A stretch of 64,000 bases of DNA, from positions 42,404 through 106,403 of the forward strand of contig JAVRCV020000043.1 of assembly GCA_034530615.2 (NCBI GenBank), written 5' to 3'. This DNA is from Aulosira sp. ZfuVER01. GTDB taxonomy: Bacteria; Cyanobacteriota; Cyanobacteriia; Cyanobacteriales; Nostocaceae. Position 1 is the stretch's first letter. Every line of letters starts with the position of its first letter. The translations under genes were made by a program, and so were the position numbers. The notes beneath the pieces were generated by a model that saw nothing but the letters and a program-made list of their open reading frames with translations, searched no databases and was not told the origin of the DNA. Positions 52,665-62,582 of the stretch are shown piece by piece.

Positions 52665-54608
52665 TCAGGGATGATTGATCAAAATCAAAAATTCGGATGC
52701 TGGAATCGGTTGGATTTCGACATAGGTAGTCCCATCTTGTTGCTGTACTGATAACGTTGACCCCACTTGGTGAGGGCCTGTGTAATTCGGATTTGCCACT
52801 TCAGCCGTATTCAGAATCACTGTCATAGAACTTCCAATGGGGCTGAGATTGGCATCTACCAAAACTCTCGCTCCCCGCTTATCTATTCCATGACTATTCA
52901 GCACGCAAACCGCCTCTTCATCATCTAAAATTCGTGACCAGCTAATAATTTCTCCACTCCGTCCATGATGACCAAAAGGCAAGTTCAAGAAAGGAATTGC
53001 GATTGGTCGCAAATACTGCCGTCCCAATCGCAGTACCGGAAACTGTTTGCGGATTGCTGCCATTGCTGCAATCCGGACATAGGCAGGGTGATTTGGATCG
53101 AAACAATGAGCACCCGCTGTCCCAAAAGGCCCAAAACCAGGTAAGTCTCGATCGAGGGTTTGCAGTCCCGCTACGCCAGATTGCCGGGGATGTTCAGGCC
53201 CAAACATTGCCTCTCGTAAATAGCGATCTGACCCCTTCCAGTCGGGCAACCACTTCCGTTCCGAAGGTTCTGGCCCTGCTAATGCCAGCTCAGTTCCAGC
53301 GTAAATGCAGGGAACCCCCAATGTGAACAGTTGCAATGCCACTCCCGCAATCACCTGATGATCCGATGCAGCTTCGCTGGAAAAGCGGATTTTTTCACCG
53401 AAAACATGATCGTGATCGTCCAAAATTGAAACATGACGCCGTCCAAGATTCCGGTGCGACCCCATTACAGCGTTCCCTGGATCAAACCCGTTAAAGTAGG
53501 CTCTTGGGTCTATCAGCCCTTTGGCAACCTGGTTAAGATTTCCCCGCATCTCGCCGATATCCAGGGCAGCATTTAAGTTTTGCCCCACTACATCCAGATA
53601 GCGGTTTTCGTTATAGTCTCCGCCTGCTACTTCTCCCACCAAAAAGAAATCACTCTTACCCAAATTGGCCGCAAACTCCTTAATCGTTCCGCAAAAGTTT
53701 CGGGCTTGATCGTAGGTCACATGCTTGAGCGTATCAATCCGAAAGCCATCACAGTCTGTTAGAGCAATCCAGTATTTATAACATCGGGCTAAGTTATCTA
53801 AGAGTTGGGGATAGTCTAATTGGAAATCTCTAAGCGTAATGAAATCTGAACGCCGGAATTCGGCATTGGGATCATCCAAGTCTCCCCGCCCCAAATCTCC
53901 CTTGCCAGCACGAGTATAGCAATCTGCTTCCTGAAGTTCCTTCGGCCACACTCCTTCTGCGCTCGTTTGAGGCCTTCCCCCAATAGATTGTCCACGATCG
54001 CCTAGCCACGAGCCAAACTGATACCAACCAGACGTATAGGGGGGTTCCCATTCTCCCCCAGGCGTATTAGGAGCATAGAACCAGTTAGATCCGGAATGGT
54101 TAAAAATGATATCGAGGATAATGCGTAGCCCCTTTTCGTGGGCTTTATTGACCAGACTGACAAGATCTTGGCGAGTCCCAAAGCGAGGATCGACCTCTAG
54201 AAAATCTTGAATGCCGTAACCATGATAGCTATCCAAGTGTCCCCGTTGCTGAAAAATTGGCCCCACCCAAATCGTCGTTACCCCCAGTTGTTTGAGATAA
54301 TCCAGCTTCGACTCTAATCCTTTGAGCGTCCCACCCTGCCAGCGATCGCTTCCCGACTTTGCCCATTGGTCAAATTGCCAAGACTGCCCATTTTGTAGAT
54401 TAGGGCGGAACAGATTCAGTTGCTGTCGATCCAGCAGAGGACGTGTATTCTCTTTACCATCACTAAAGCGATCGGGTAAGAGAAAATAGAGTACTTCATT
54501 TCTCCAATCCCCAGGGGAGGGAAAGTAATTCTCGCGTCGAGGCAAAGAAAATTCTGTGAGACTATCTGGTCGCCGCTGATTAGCTAGATTCTGTTCGGCA
54601 AATGTCAT
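52665..54608 (-). CDS. GH13 alpha-amylase family glycosidase
   Basis: YFLLPDRFSDG, YHGY, DIIFNH, DGFRIDT, GEV, DDHD motifs. Confidence 0.92.
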   Translation of the reverse strand: MTFAEQNLANQRRPDSLTEFSLPRRENYFPSPGDWRNEVLYFLLPDRFSDGKENTRPLLDRQQLNLFRPNLQNGQSWQFDQWAKSGSDRWQGGTLKGLESKLDYLKQLGVTTIWVGPIFQQRGHLDSYHGYGIQDFLEVDPRFGTRQDLVSLVNKAHEKGLRIILDIIFNHSGSNWFYAPNTPGGEWEPPYTSGWYQFGSWLGDRGQSIGGRPQTSAEGVWPKELQEADCYTRAGKGDLGRGDLDDPNAEFRRSDFITLRDFQLDYPQLLDNLARCYKYWIALTDCDGFRIDTLKHVTYDQARNFCGTIKEFAANLGKSDFFLVGEVAGGDYNENRYLDVVGQNLNAALDIGEMRGNLNQVAKGLIDPRAYFNGFDPGNAVMGSHRNLGRRHVSILDDHDHVFGEKIRFSSEAASDHQVIAGVALQLFTLGVPCIYAGTELALAGPEPSERKWLPDWKGSDRYLREAMFGPEHPRQSGVAGLQTLDRDLPGFGPFGTAGAHCFDPNHPAYVRIAAMAAIRKQFPVLRLGRQYLRPIAIPFLNLPFGHHGRSGEIISWSRILDDEEAVCVLNSHGIDKRGARVLVDANLSPIGSSMTVILNTAEVANPNYTGPHQVGSTLSVQQQDGTTYVEIQPIPASEFLILINHP

Positions 54609-54849
54609 AGGAATTATCTCAAGATTGGTGAATCGGTTTACTCTGTGGAAAGCCTCTCTTTTCCAACGAAGACTACTTTGTTATCCAGTTTTCGTTGGGG
54701 GGCGATCTCAACCTTGTACAGTCGAGCAGTTCAATGCTGTTCCACATCCGGTTTGATGGTAGCGATCGCATCTCAAAATATTCGCAAAAATCAGTTCTAG
54801 GGAACAATACGATGATCTGCGTATAGAATGATGACAACCTTGTAACAAA

Positions 54850-55530
54850 CTATTGTTTAAGTAACCCCAACTTTTCTAGAGCAACCATCACCGCACCTGT
54901 CCGGGTTTGTACACCCAGTTTTTTGTAAAGATTCTCCAGATGTTTTCGCACTGTTCCTTCACAGCAACCCAGCACTCTAGCAATTCCAGCATTGCTTTTA
55001 TCCTTGGTAATCCAAAACAGCACTTCCGCCTCACGTTTGGTGAGTCCTAAAAATTCCAGAGCAGCAATAGAGAAGGATTGCAATTGTTGTTCTTCCAACA
55101 GCAACAGATATTGCTCCTTGATCTGATCGGGAATAAGACGGATGAGCAGTTGTCGTCCTGCTTGCTCTATTTGCAAGGGTAAACAGGGGGATGACACATT
55201 TTCATTGAATGTGAGTTGTGCAATTTGATGCTTGAACCATTGTTGTAAAGCTTCTGGCAATGAGTGTGGGGTATGGGGTAAAGAATACTGGCTCAACAGT
55301 TGTTCTGCCCGTTGAGTCATGAGCTGCACTTGCCCATCGATCGCCAAAAGGATCGCTCCTACACGATCTGAAATCTGCTTGAATTGTGTCAGTATTTGCC
55401 GATCTTGGCTGGTATGGTTATTCTCATTTGTCTGAATCAGTTGTAGACGCAGGAGATTCAGAACACAGCGATCGCACTCTGTGAAATTCAGGCGATCGCT
55501 ACTCAACGAAGTCCTTTGCTTTAACACCAT
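54850..55530 (-). CDS. LuxR-family HTH transcriptional regulator (short N-terminus)
   Basis: LTKREAEVL...SNAGIA...TVRKHLENLYKKLGV; AGGAG RBS before ATG 55530. Confidence 0.87.
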   Translation of the reverse strand: MVLKQRTSLSSDRLNFTECDRCVLNLLRLQLIQTNENNHTSQDRQILTQFKQISDRVGAILLAIDGQVQLMTQRAEQLLSQYSLPHTPHSLPEALQQWFKHQIAQLTFNENVSSPCLPLQIEQAGRQLLIRLIPDQIKEQYLLLLEEQQLQSFSIAALEFLGLTKREAEVLFWITKDKSNAGIARVLGCCEGTVRKHLENLYKKLGVQTRTGAVMVALEKLGLLKQ

Positions 55531-55777
55531 ATACTCCTTCTCTATGCAAAAATCACGCAACCTGCGGCAGGGTCTTTTTGGCATTCAACTTTGATTTTTT
55601 GACCAATCTAGTGCCGATTTGCGGAGCTTAGTTTGACAGCTAACAAGGTTTTCGGGCATTCAAACCGAATTGTTAATCGCTAAGATGCACCAGCCAACAA
55701 AAGATGGCTGGCACAAGTAAGTGGTAAATAACTTTAAGTTGCGAAAATTACAAAGTTATCTAAATACCAATGCAATA

Positions 55778-55930
55778 TAAGTGCAGATGCAAAAATATTT
55801 ATGTCATTGCGTACTCCTTCGGAGAACCCGAAGGGTACGAAGTGAAGTAATCCCAAACCATTGCGATTGCTTAGTTTCGCTTTGCTACACTCGCAATAAC
55901 AATCTATATTTAATTTTGCATAACTACTTA
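55778..55930. mobile_element. MITE-like element
   Basis: Imperfect TIRs TAAGTGCAGATGCAAAAAT / AATTTTGCATAACTACTTA around GTCATTGCG...CGCAATAAC palindromes. Confidence 0.55.
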
Positions 55931-55982
55931 ATGCAATATGAAGATGCATCTCATTAGCCTGTGTCACCAAACTTTGTTTGTG

Positions 55983-56128
55983 ATACCAATTCTCTAAAAT
56001 TCGTTAACAGATTCAAACCAAAAAACCAAGAGTCTGTCGGGCTTTTGTAATGACAAATTAAGAATGGGTATGAGCCAGTGGCTTACAGCCTGAGGGCGTT
56101 AATGTGCAGCATCACATAGAATTGGTAT
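55983..56128. mobile_element. MITE-like element
   Basis: TIRs ATACCAATTCT / AGAATTGGTAT; same end type at 62319-62468. Confidence 0.6.
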
Positions 56129-56379
56129 AAAACTAATGCGTTTACATATTTTCGGTGAAAACCGTCACTAGTCAGAATGCAAGTACGTCAGAGTTAAAAG
56201 ACGGAATGAAGCAAATTTATCCAGTTACTTTTATGTTAATTGGTTTAGTATCACACTGATGTTAAATAATTTTACTGTTTCTCATTAAATCCGCGTAGAC
56301 ACGGAGTGGCTTGCTGGAGGCATCGCACTAAATTCATGTCTCTGTATCTAGCAAAACAAGAATCTCTGCTCTTGGCTAA

Positions 56380-56412
56380 CCTCACAATCTCCTCAACATT
56401 GTCGTCTAGTCT
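56380..56412 (+). promoter_or_regulatory. Direct-repeat motif plus -10-like hexamer (DUF4342 gene)
   Basis: CCTCACAATCTCCTCAA-N10-TAGTCT. Confidence 0.75.
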
Positions 56413-56443
56413 TTGAATATAACCAACAATGGAGGGTTAGAAG

Positions 56444-56785
56444 ATGAACGCACCGACTGATCGGGCTGAAGAAAACAACGAAAAGATTCAAGGTGAGATA
56501 GTACTTACAGAGCCGAACGCGAAGACTGAGGAAAAGGTTAGTGTGGAAGAATTTAGCATCAATGGTGATGCTCTAGTTACCAAAATTAAGGAACTCATTC
56601 ATCAAGGAAATATTCGCCGCATTATTATCAAAAATCAAGAAGGAGGGACATTGATTGAAATCCCGTTAACTGTGGGAGTGGTTGGCGGTGTCATCAGTGC
56701 AGCGCTATTTCCAGTCATCGCTGCTGTCGGCGTGATTGGCGCGATGGTTGCGCATCTCACCATTGTGGTTGAGAAACGAGATTGA
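56444..56785 (+). CDS. DUF4342 domain protein
   Basis: KIKELIHQGNIRRIIIK, LIEIPLTVG motifs. Confidence 0.87.
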   Translation: MNAPTDRAEENNEKIQGEIVLTEPNAKTEEKVSVEEFSINGDALVTKIKELIHQGNIRRIIIKNQEGGTLIEIPLTVGVVGGVISAALFPVIAAVGVIGAMVAHLTIVVEKRD

Positions 56786-56870
56786 CACTCCTCGACCTAA
56801 AGGTACGAGGATTCTTGGTTCAGCGAGTCCACTTAGCTTAAACCCCTTGCGGTATCTAAACCAGAGGTGG
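56782..56870 (-). mobile_element. IS605/TnpB right-end (omega-RNA scaffold-like) fragment
   Basis: Minus strand reads CCACCTCTGGTTTAGATACCGCAAGGGGTTTAAGCTAAGTGGACTCGCTGAACCAAGAATCCTCGTACCTTTAGGTCGAGGAGTGTCAA: subterminal hairpin plus TCAA end. Confidence 0.7.
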
Positions 56871-56873
56871 AAA

Positions 56874-57704
56874 ATGATTGCAAAAATTTTACTTGGCATT
56901 GGTGTATTGTTCGCGATCGCATTCATCGCTTTAGTTAACAACAGGATAAGCGCTGACCAAGAAGTGAATCGAATTTGGCGATCGCTTGAAGCAGTCCCAG
57001 CAGCAAATTGTTTCACTGAAGACATGGTTGCAGAATTAGCTGCTCCCGTCAGACGCTACTTTGTTCATGCGATTGCACCGGAAACTCCGGTGGCTGATTC
57101 TGTCAGCTTACAAATGGGTGGCAGTTTTAGAATGGCGCAGGATAAACCCTGGATGCCGATGCAGGCAAAAGAAATTATCTCAACATCGAAAGGATTTGTT
57201 TGGAAACCAGTTATCGGTCGCGGTTTGTTGCAATTTGCAGGAGCTGATTACTATACCAACGGATTTGGTCGAATGCGCTTCTTCCTGTGGGGGCTGATTC
57301 CCATCGTCAATGCTCACAGTCCTGATACTGCCCGCGCTAGCATTGGCCGATTTGCTGGAGAATTGATCTGGCTACCTTCTGCTTTGCTACCTCAAAATGG
57401 CGTAAGTTGGCAGGCAATTGATGATAACACTATTCAAGCTAGTCTCAAGATTGATGGTGAGCCTGTAACGCTCACACTCACTATAGATGCTGAGGGTAAA
57501 CTACTGAAGCTGTCTGTGCCACGTTGGGGAGAACACACAGAAGATGGTAGCTTTGCTTACATTCCCTTTGGTGGAGAAGTTCAAGAAGAAAAAACTTTTG
57601 GCGGTTTTACAATTCCCTCCCAAATGTGTGTAGGTTGGTGGTTTGGCACAGACCGTTACTCAGAGTTCTTCTGTGCCACAATTGAGCAAGCTGATTTTCG
57701 GTAA
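56874..57704 (+). CDS. DUF6544/DUF6920-like membrane-anchored protein
   Basis: N-terminal TM; LAAPVRRYF, GELIWLPSALLP motifs. Confidence 0.75.
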   Translation: MIAKILLGIGVLFAIAFIALVNNRISADQEVNRIWRSLEAVPAANCFTEDMVAELAAPVRRYFVHAIAPETPVADSVSLQMGGSFRMAQDKPWMPMQAKEIISTSKGFVWKPVIGRGLLQFAGADYYTNGFGRMRFFLWGLIPIVNAHSPDTARASIGRFAGELIWLPSALLPQNGVSWQAIDDNTIQASLKIDGEPVTLTLTIDAEGKLLKLSVPRWGEHTEDGSFAYIPFGGEVQEEKTFGGFTIPSQMCVGWWFGTDRYSEFFCATIEQADFR

Positions 57705-57836
57705 ATTAAGTTTTTGACTTGTGAATCAAGTTGATTGGGGTAAAAGTAGCGATCGCCAAGTTTATAGTTACTAAATCGGCTTTTTAGCTCTTAAACTCTT
57801 ATTTTCGTCAAATTCCAGAGCTTCATTATTCGTAAT

Positions 57837-57869
57837 CTTCACAAGTTCCTCAAACTCTTAGCCTATAAA
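57837..57869 (+). promoter_or_regulatory. Direct-repeat motif plus -10-like hexamer (hoxU)
   Basis: CTTCACAAGTTCCTCAA-N10-TATAAA. Confidence 0.75.
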
Positions 57870-57932
57870 TCAAGGCGCGGGTGATATAAGAAACTAAGAG
57901 CTAAAGGCGAATTCTGATTGAGGCTAGGAGCA

Positions 57933-58649
57933 ATGTCAGTAAAAACTTTGACAATTAACAACCAACTCATTAGCGCTCGTGAGGAGGAAACTATTCTCGA
58001 AGCGGCGCAGGAGGCGGGAATTCACATTCCGACACTGTGCCATTTAAACGGAGTCTCAGATGTTGGCGCTTGTCGTCTTTGCTTAGTGGAAATTGCTGGC
58101 AGTAATAAACTCCAACCTGCTTGTGTAACTAAGGTAGCTGAAGGGATAGAAGTTAAAACTCATAGCGATCGCCTACAAAAATATCGTCGCACAATTATCG
58201 AAATGCTCTTTGCTGAGGGCAATCACGTTTGTTCTGTCTGCGTAGCCAATGGCAATTGTGAATTGCAAGATTTGGCAATTGAGATGGGCATGGATCACGT
58301 GCGTCTAAATTACCATTTCCCCAACCGCAAAGTCGATGTGTCTCACGATCGCTTTGGGGTTGACCATAACCGTTGTGTTCTTTGTACTCGTTGCATCCGT
58401 GTTTGTGATGAGATTGAAGGCGCACATACTTGGGATATGGCGGGGAGAGGAACAAACTCTCATGTGATTACCGATTTAAATCAACCTTGGGGAACCTCAG
58501 ACACTTGTACTTCTTGCGGTAAGTGCGTTAATGCTTGCCCAACAGGTGCAATTTTTAACCAAGGTTCGACAGTCGGAGAAATGAAACACGATCGCGCTAA
58601 ACTCGACTTCCTAGTTACAGCACGGGAGAAAAAGCAATGGAACCTTTAG
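57933..58649 (+). CDS. hoxU: Bidirectional hydrogenase subunit HoxU
   Basis: [33 protein letters not shown] motifs. Confidence 0.96.
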   Translation: MSVKTLTINNQLISAREEETILEAAQEAGIHIPTLCHLNGVSDVGACRLCLVEIAGSNKLQPACVTKVAEGIEVKTHSDRLQKYRRTIIEMLFAEGNHVCSVCVANGNCELQDLAIEMGMDHVRLNYHFPNRKVDVSHDRFGVDHNRCVLCTRCIRVCDEIEGAHTWDMAGRGTNSHVITDLNQPWGTSDTCTSCGKCVNACPTGAIFNQGSTVGEMKHDRAKLDFLVTAREKKQWNL

Positions 58650-58792
58650 GGAGAGGGTGGGGAGTGTGGGGAGTGTGGGGAGTGTGGGGAGACAAGGAGG
58701 ACAAGGGGGACAAGGGGGACAAGGGGGAGATGAAAGGAAGAAGAACAAATGCCAAATGACCAATGACCAATGACAAATGACCAATGACAAAT
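58650..58792. repeat. Compound STRR array between hoxU and hoxY
   Basis: GGGGAGTGT x3, GGGGGACAA-like x3-4, AATGAC(C/A) x5. Confidence 0.85.
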
Positions 58793-58802
58793 TAGGAATA
58801 TT

Positions 58803-59348
58803 ATGAATCGTTTGAAATTAGCAACAGTGTGGTTAGGTGGTTGTTCTGGCTGTCATATGTCATTTCTGGATTTGGATGAATGGCTGATTGATTTAGCCCA
58901 GCAGGTGGATATAGTTTACACTCCCTTCGCTGATATTAAGGAATATCCACAAGGGGTAGATGTGGTATTAGTTGAAGGTGCGATCGCCAATGAAGAACAT
59001 CTGGAAATGATTCAGACAGTAAGAGAGCGATCGCAAACTTTGATTTCTTTTGGAGATTGTGCTGTCACAGGCAATGTTACCGCTTTACGCAATCCTTTAG
59101 GTAGCGCGGAACCTGTACTTCAGCGTTGTTACATTGAAGCCGCCGATATGTACGGGCAAATTCCCCAAGCACCTGGCATTGTCCCACCGTTATTAGATAC
59201 AGTACAACCAGTGCATAAAGTAGTCGCAGTTGATATTTATTTACCTGGTTGTCCACCCTCAGCAACTCGCATTCGCGCCGTACTAGAGTCATTATTGCGA
59301 GGCGAAAAACCCCAATTAGAAGGACGCGAATTCATCAAGTTTGGCTAA
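58803..59348 (+). CDS. hoxY: Bidirectional hydrogenase small subunit HoxY
   Basis: GCSGCHMS, GDCA, PGCPP motifs. Confidence 0.96.
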   Translation: MNRLKLATVWLGGCSGCHMSFLDLDEWLIDLAQQVDIVYTPFADIKEYPQGVDVVLVEGAIANEEHLEMIQTVRERSQTLISFGDCAVTGNVTALRNPLGSAEPVLQRCYIEAADMYGQIPQAPGIVPPLLDTVQPVHKVVAVDIYLPGCPPSATRIRAVLESLLRGEKPQLEGREFIKFG

Positions 59349-59374
59349 ATATCCTCAATTAGCGAGGTGAACCG

Positions 59375-60754
59375 ATGAATATCAGCAAAATATGGTTTCC
59401 ATCTATAAAAAGAATCTTGTTTCTTTTGGTTTTGCTGTTGTTAGGAATGCTATTAGCTATCTTGCCAGCTTGGTCAACTATTAGTGCAGCGAATAATAAC
59501 CAAAATTTGTACTTAGCAGGCGATAATGTGACGATCGATGCCGATCTGGTAATCGATGATGACGTTTATTTAGTAGGCGATCGCGTCACTATCGATGGTA
59601 CTGTCAAAGGCGATGCTGTGCTGGCTGGTAAACAAATTACCATTAACGGCACAGTTGAGGGAGATGTCATAGCTGCTGGTCAAGCAGTAGTCATTAACGG
59701 TACGGTAGGGGATGACATCCGGATAGCTGGTCAAGTTTTGATTCTCGACAACAAAGCGCGGGTATTAGATGATGTCATAGCAGCTGGTGCAAGCTTAGAA
59801 AATAACGTAGGAAGCGCAGTAGAAGGGAATTTACATTTTTATGGTGCGCAGGCTTTATTGGCTGGTAGCGTCGCCGGAAATATGGTCGGCGCAATGAATT
59901 CCCTCGATTTGAGGGGAACGGTTGGCCAGGATGTGAAAGTAACAGCCCTTGGCGATCCCAATCCTTTACAAGCGCCTTTTATACCTAAATCACCTGTACT
60001 TATTCCCAAAATTCAGCCTGGTTTGACTGTGGGTGATTCTGCCCAAGTAAACGGTAAACTAACTTACAAATCACTTAATAATGGCAATATTAGCCAAAAA
60101 GCACAAATTACTGGTGGTGTAGTTAGAAAAGAATTACCCCCAGATGCTGCACACAGATATGGTACAGCTTGGGAGCAAATGCCTACACAACGTCATTTTG
60201 GTTGGTTTTTACTGAATCGATTACAGCGTTTATTAGCCTTAGTGTTAGTGGGGTGGTTGTTGATGCGGGTGTTACCTAGTTTCATTTCCAGCTTGGCTGT
60301 AACTGTGCAAACAAGAACACTAACAACTTTGGGATGGGGTATTGTTAGCTTTTTAGCAGTTTGGGCAATGATAATTGCGATCGCCATCATCAGCTGCATC
60401 TTAATTTTGATATTCGCATTCACCCTACCTCACTTAATCTTGCCCGTAATTGGGCTGGGAATGCTAGCTAATCTCACCCTGTTAATTGGTTTGCTGATTT
60501 TTGCTAGTTACATACCGCAGATTATCCTCAGTTTCTTAGGCGGAAGATGGCTGTTGCGAACAATCCGACCAAATCAACCATCAGGGCGTTTTCTTTCCCT
60601 CGTCGTCGGTTTAGTAGCTTTAGTAATTCTCACCAGCATACCAATGCTAGGCCCTATTCTCAATTTGATAATCTTCTTCATGGGCTTGGGTGCGTTCTGC
60701 TTGTGGTGGATCAAACGCGATCGCACCCCAGTTAAGCAACTCCAAATGGTTTAG
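59375..60754 (+). CDS. Beta-helix (polymer-forming/bactofilin-like) repeat membrane protein
   Basis: N-terminal signal/TM; repeats of type V.IDGTV.GD...AG; about six C-terminal TMs. Confidence 0.8.
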   Translation: MNISKIWFPSIKRILFLLVLLLLGMLLAILPAWSTISAANNNQNLYLAGDNVTIDADLVIDDDVYLVGDRVTIDGTVKGDAVLAGKQITINGTVEGDVIAAGQAVVINGTVGDDIRIAGQVLILDNKARVLDDVIAAGASLENNVGSAVEGNLHFYGAQALLAGSVAGNMVGAMNSLDLRGTVGQDVKVTALGDPNPLQAPFIPKSPVLIPKIQPGLTVGDSAQVNGKLTYKSLNNGNISQKAQITGGVVRKELPPDAAHRYGTAWEQMPTQRHFGWFLLNRLQRLLALVLVGWLLMRVLPSFISSLAVTVQTRTLTTLGWGIVSFLAVWAMIIAIAIISCILILIFAFTLPHLILPVIGLGMLANLTLLIGLLIFASYIPQIILSFLGGRWLLRTIRPNQPSGRFLSLVVGLVALVILTSIPMLGPILNLIIFFMGLGAFCLWWIKRDRTPVKQLQMV

Positions 60755-60829
60755 TAGTCTACCAGATCCCCAATTTCTCAAAGAAGTCGGGGATCTATGC
60801 ATTCAACTCACAATCTAAAACAAAGTCTT

Positions 60830-62287
60830 ATGTCGCAAAAAATTATCATCGATCCTGTCACCCGCATTGAAGGACACGCCAAAATATCTATTTACTTGGA
60901 TGATAGCGGACAAGTTAGCGATGCTCGGTTTCATGTTACCGAATTTCGCGGATTTGAAAAATTTTGCGAAGGTCGTCCTTTTTGGGAAATGCCAGGAATT
61001 ACCGCGCGGGTTTGTGGTATTTGTCCGGTAAGTCATTTATTAGCTTCAGCGAAAGCAGGCGATCGCATTTTATCTGTAACAATTCCCAAAGCAGCCGAAA
61101 AACTGCGTCGCCTGATGAATTTGGGACAAATTATTCAATCTCATGCACTGAGTTTCTTTCACCTCAGCGCCCCAGATTTACTATTAGGAATGGATAGCGA
61201 TCCGCAAAAACGCAATATATTTGGATTAATTGCAGCCGAACCAGAACTAGCCCGTGGTGGAATTCGCTTGCGTCAATTTGGACAAGAAATTATTGAACAA
61301 TTAGGCGGGCGGAAAATTCACCCATCCTGGGCTGTTCCTGGCGGTGTGCGCGAACCCTTATCAGAGGAAGGACGCACCCACATTAAAAATCGCATTCCCG
61401 AAGTGCGAAATACAATTATTGATGCACTGGGCATATTTAAGCACTTAATTAATGATTATCAAAAAGAAGTGCAAACCTTTGGGAATTTCCCGACATTATT
61501 TATGGGATTAGTCACACCTGATGGTTTGTGGGAAAATTACGACGGACATATACGATTTGTAGATAGTGCAGGTAATATTATTGCCGATAAACTGGAAGCA
61601 ACTAACTATCACGAATTTATTGGTGAAGCAGTTCAACCAGATTCATATTTAAAATCTCCTTACTATCGTCCTTTAGGTTATCCCGACCAAGAAGGACATT
61701 GTAGTTTAGATAGTGGTATCTATCGAGTCGGTCCACTAGCACGGCTAAATGTTTGCAGTCATATCGGCACACCATTAGCTGATGCAGAATTGCGGGAATT
61801 TAGAGATAGAGGCAAAGGCACAGTTTCTTCATCATTTTTCTATCATTACGCTCGATTAATTGAAATTTTGGCATCAATAGAAAGAGTAGAAATTTTATTA
61901 GATGACCCTGATTTATTCTCAACTCGACTGCGTGCTGATGCGGGGATTAATCAATTAGAAGCAGTAGGTGTCAGCGAAGCACCACGGGGTACATTATTTC
62001 ACCATTACAAGGTTGATGAAAACGGCTTAATTTTGAAAGTAAATTTACTCATTGCGACTGGTCAAAATAATTTAGCAATGAATCGCACAGTCGCTCAAAT
62101 TGCCAGACATTTTATTCATGGTTCTGAAATTCCTGAAGGAATGTTAAACCGTGTGGAAGCTGGAATTAGAGCTTTTGACCCTTGTTTAAGTTGTTCGACT
62201 CATGCAGTAGGACAAATGCCATTACATCTTGAATTAGTCGCCGCAGATGGGACTGTTGTTCATGAAATTTGGCGTAATCAAAATTAA
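60830..62287 (+). CDS. hoxH: Bidirectional hydrogenase large subunit HoxH
   Basis: [10 protein letters not shown]1 RVCGIC; L2 DPCLSCSTH followed by a cleavable tail. Confidence 0.97.
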   Translation: MSQKIIIDPVTRIEGHAKISIYLDDSGQVSDARFHVTEFRGFEKFCEGRPFWEMPGITARVCGICPVSHLLASAKAGDRILSVTIPKAAEKLRRLMNLGQIIQSHALSFFHLSAPDLLLGMDSDPQKRNIFGLIAAEPELARGGIRLRQFGQEIIEQLGGRKIHPSWAVPGGVREPLSEEGRTHIKNRIPEVRNTIIDALGIFKHLINDYQKEVQTFGNFPTLFMGLVTPDGLWENYDGHIRFVDSAGNIIADKLEATNYHEFIGEAVQPDSYLKSPYYRPLGYPDQEGHCSLDSGIYRVGPLARLNVCSHIGTPLADAELREFRDRGKGTVSSSFFYHYARLIEILASIERVEILLDDPDLFSTRLRADAGINQLEAVGVSEAPRGTLFHHYKVDENGLILKVNLLIATGQNNLAMNRTVAQIARHFIHGSEIPEGMLNRVEAGIRAFDPCLSCSTHAVGQMPLHLELVAADGTVVHEIWRNQN

Positions 62288-62318
62288 GAAAGTATGGGCA
62301 CGAGAATGTTGTGCCCTT

Positions 62319-62468
62319 ATACTAATTCTTTATGAAGCTGCATATAATCCGATCCCCCCTAACCCCCCTTAATGAAGGGGGGAACTGGAAAAATGTCTAT
62401 CAAAGTCCCCCTTTTTAAGGGGGATGTAGGGGGATCGAGATATGTGCAACTTCACATTAAATTGGTAT
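62319..62468. mobile_element. MITE-like element with internal palindromic repeat
   Basis: ATACTAATT...TGAAGCTGCATAT / ATGTGCAACTTCA...AATTGGTAT arms enclosing CCCCCCTT..AAGGGGGG hairpins. Confidence 0.65.
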
Positions 62469-62582
62469 TACGAATAATTTTATGTAGCACAAACATTATT
62501 TTAATTAGTATGAGATTAAGGCGTTTATGATAATAAAAGAAAAAGCCATTTTTTGTTTACCAACAACATCAACAATATTTTT

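Noticed and set aside
56736..56873. N-terminal extension of the DUF6920-like ORF
   Set aside because: Overlaps DUF4342 and the IS605 end; ATG 56874 has an RBS and is followed by a TM segment
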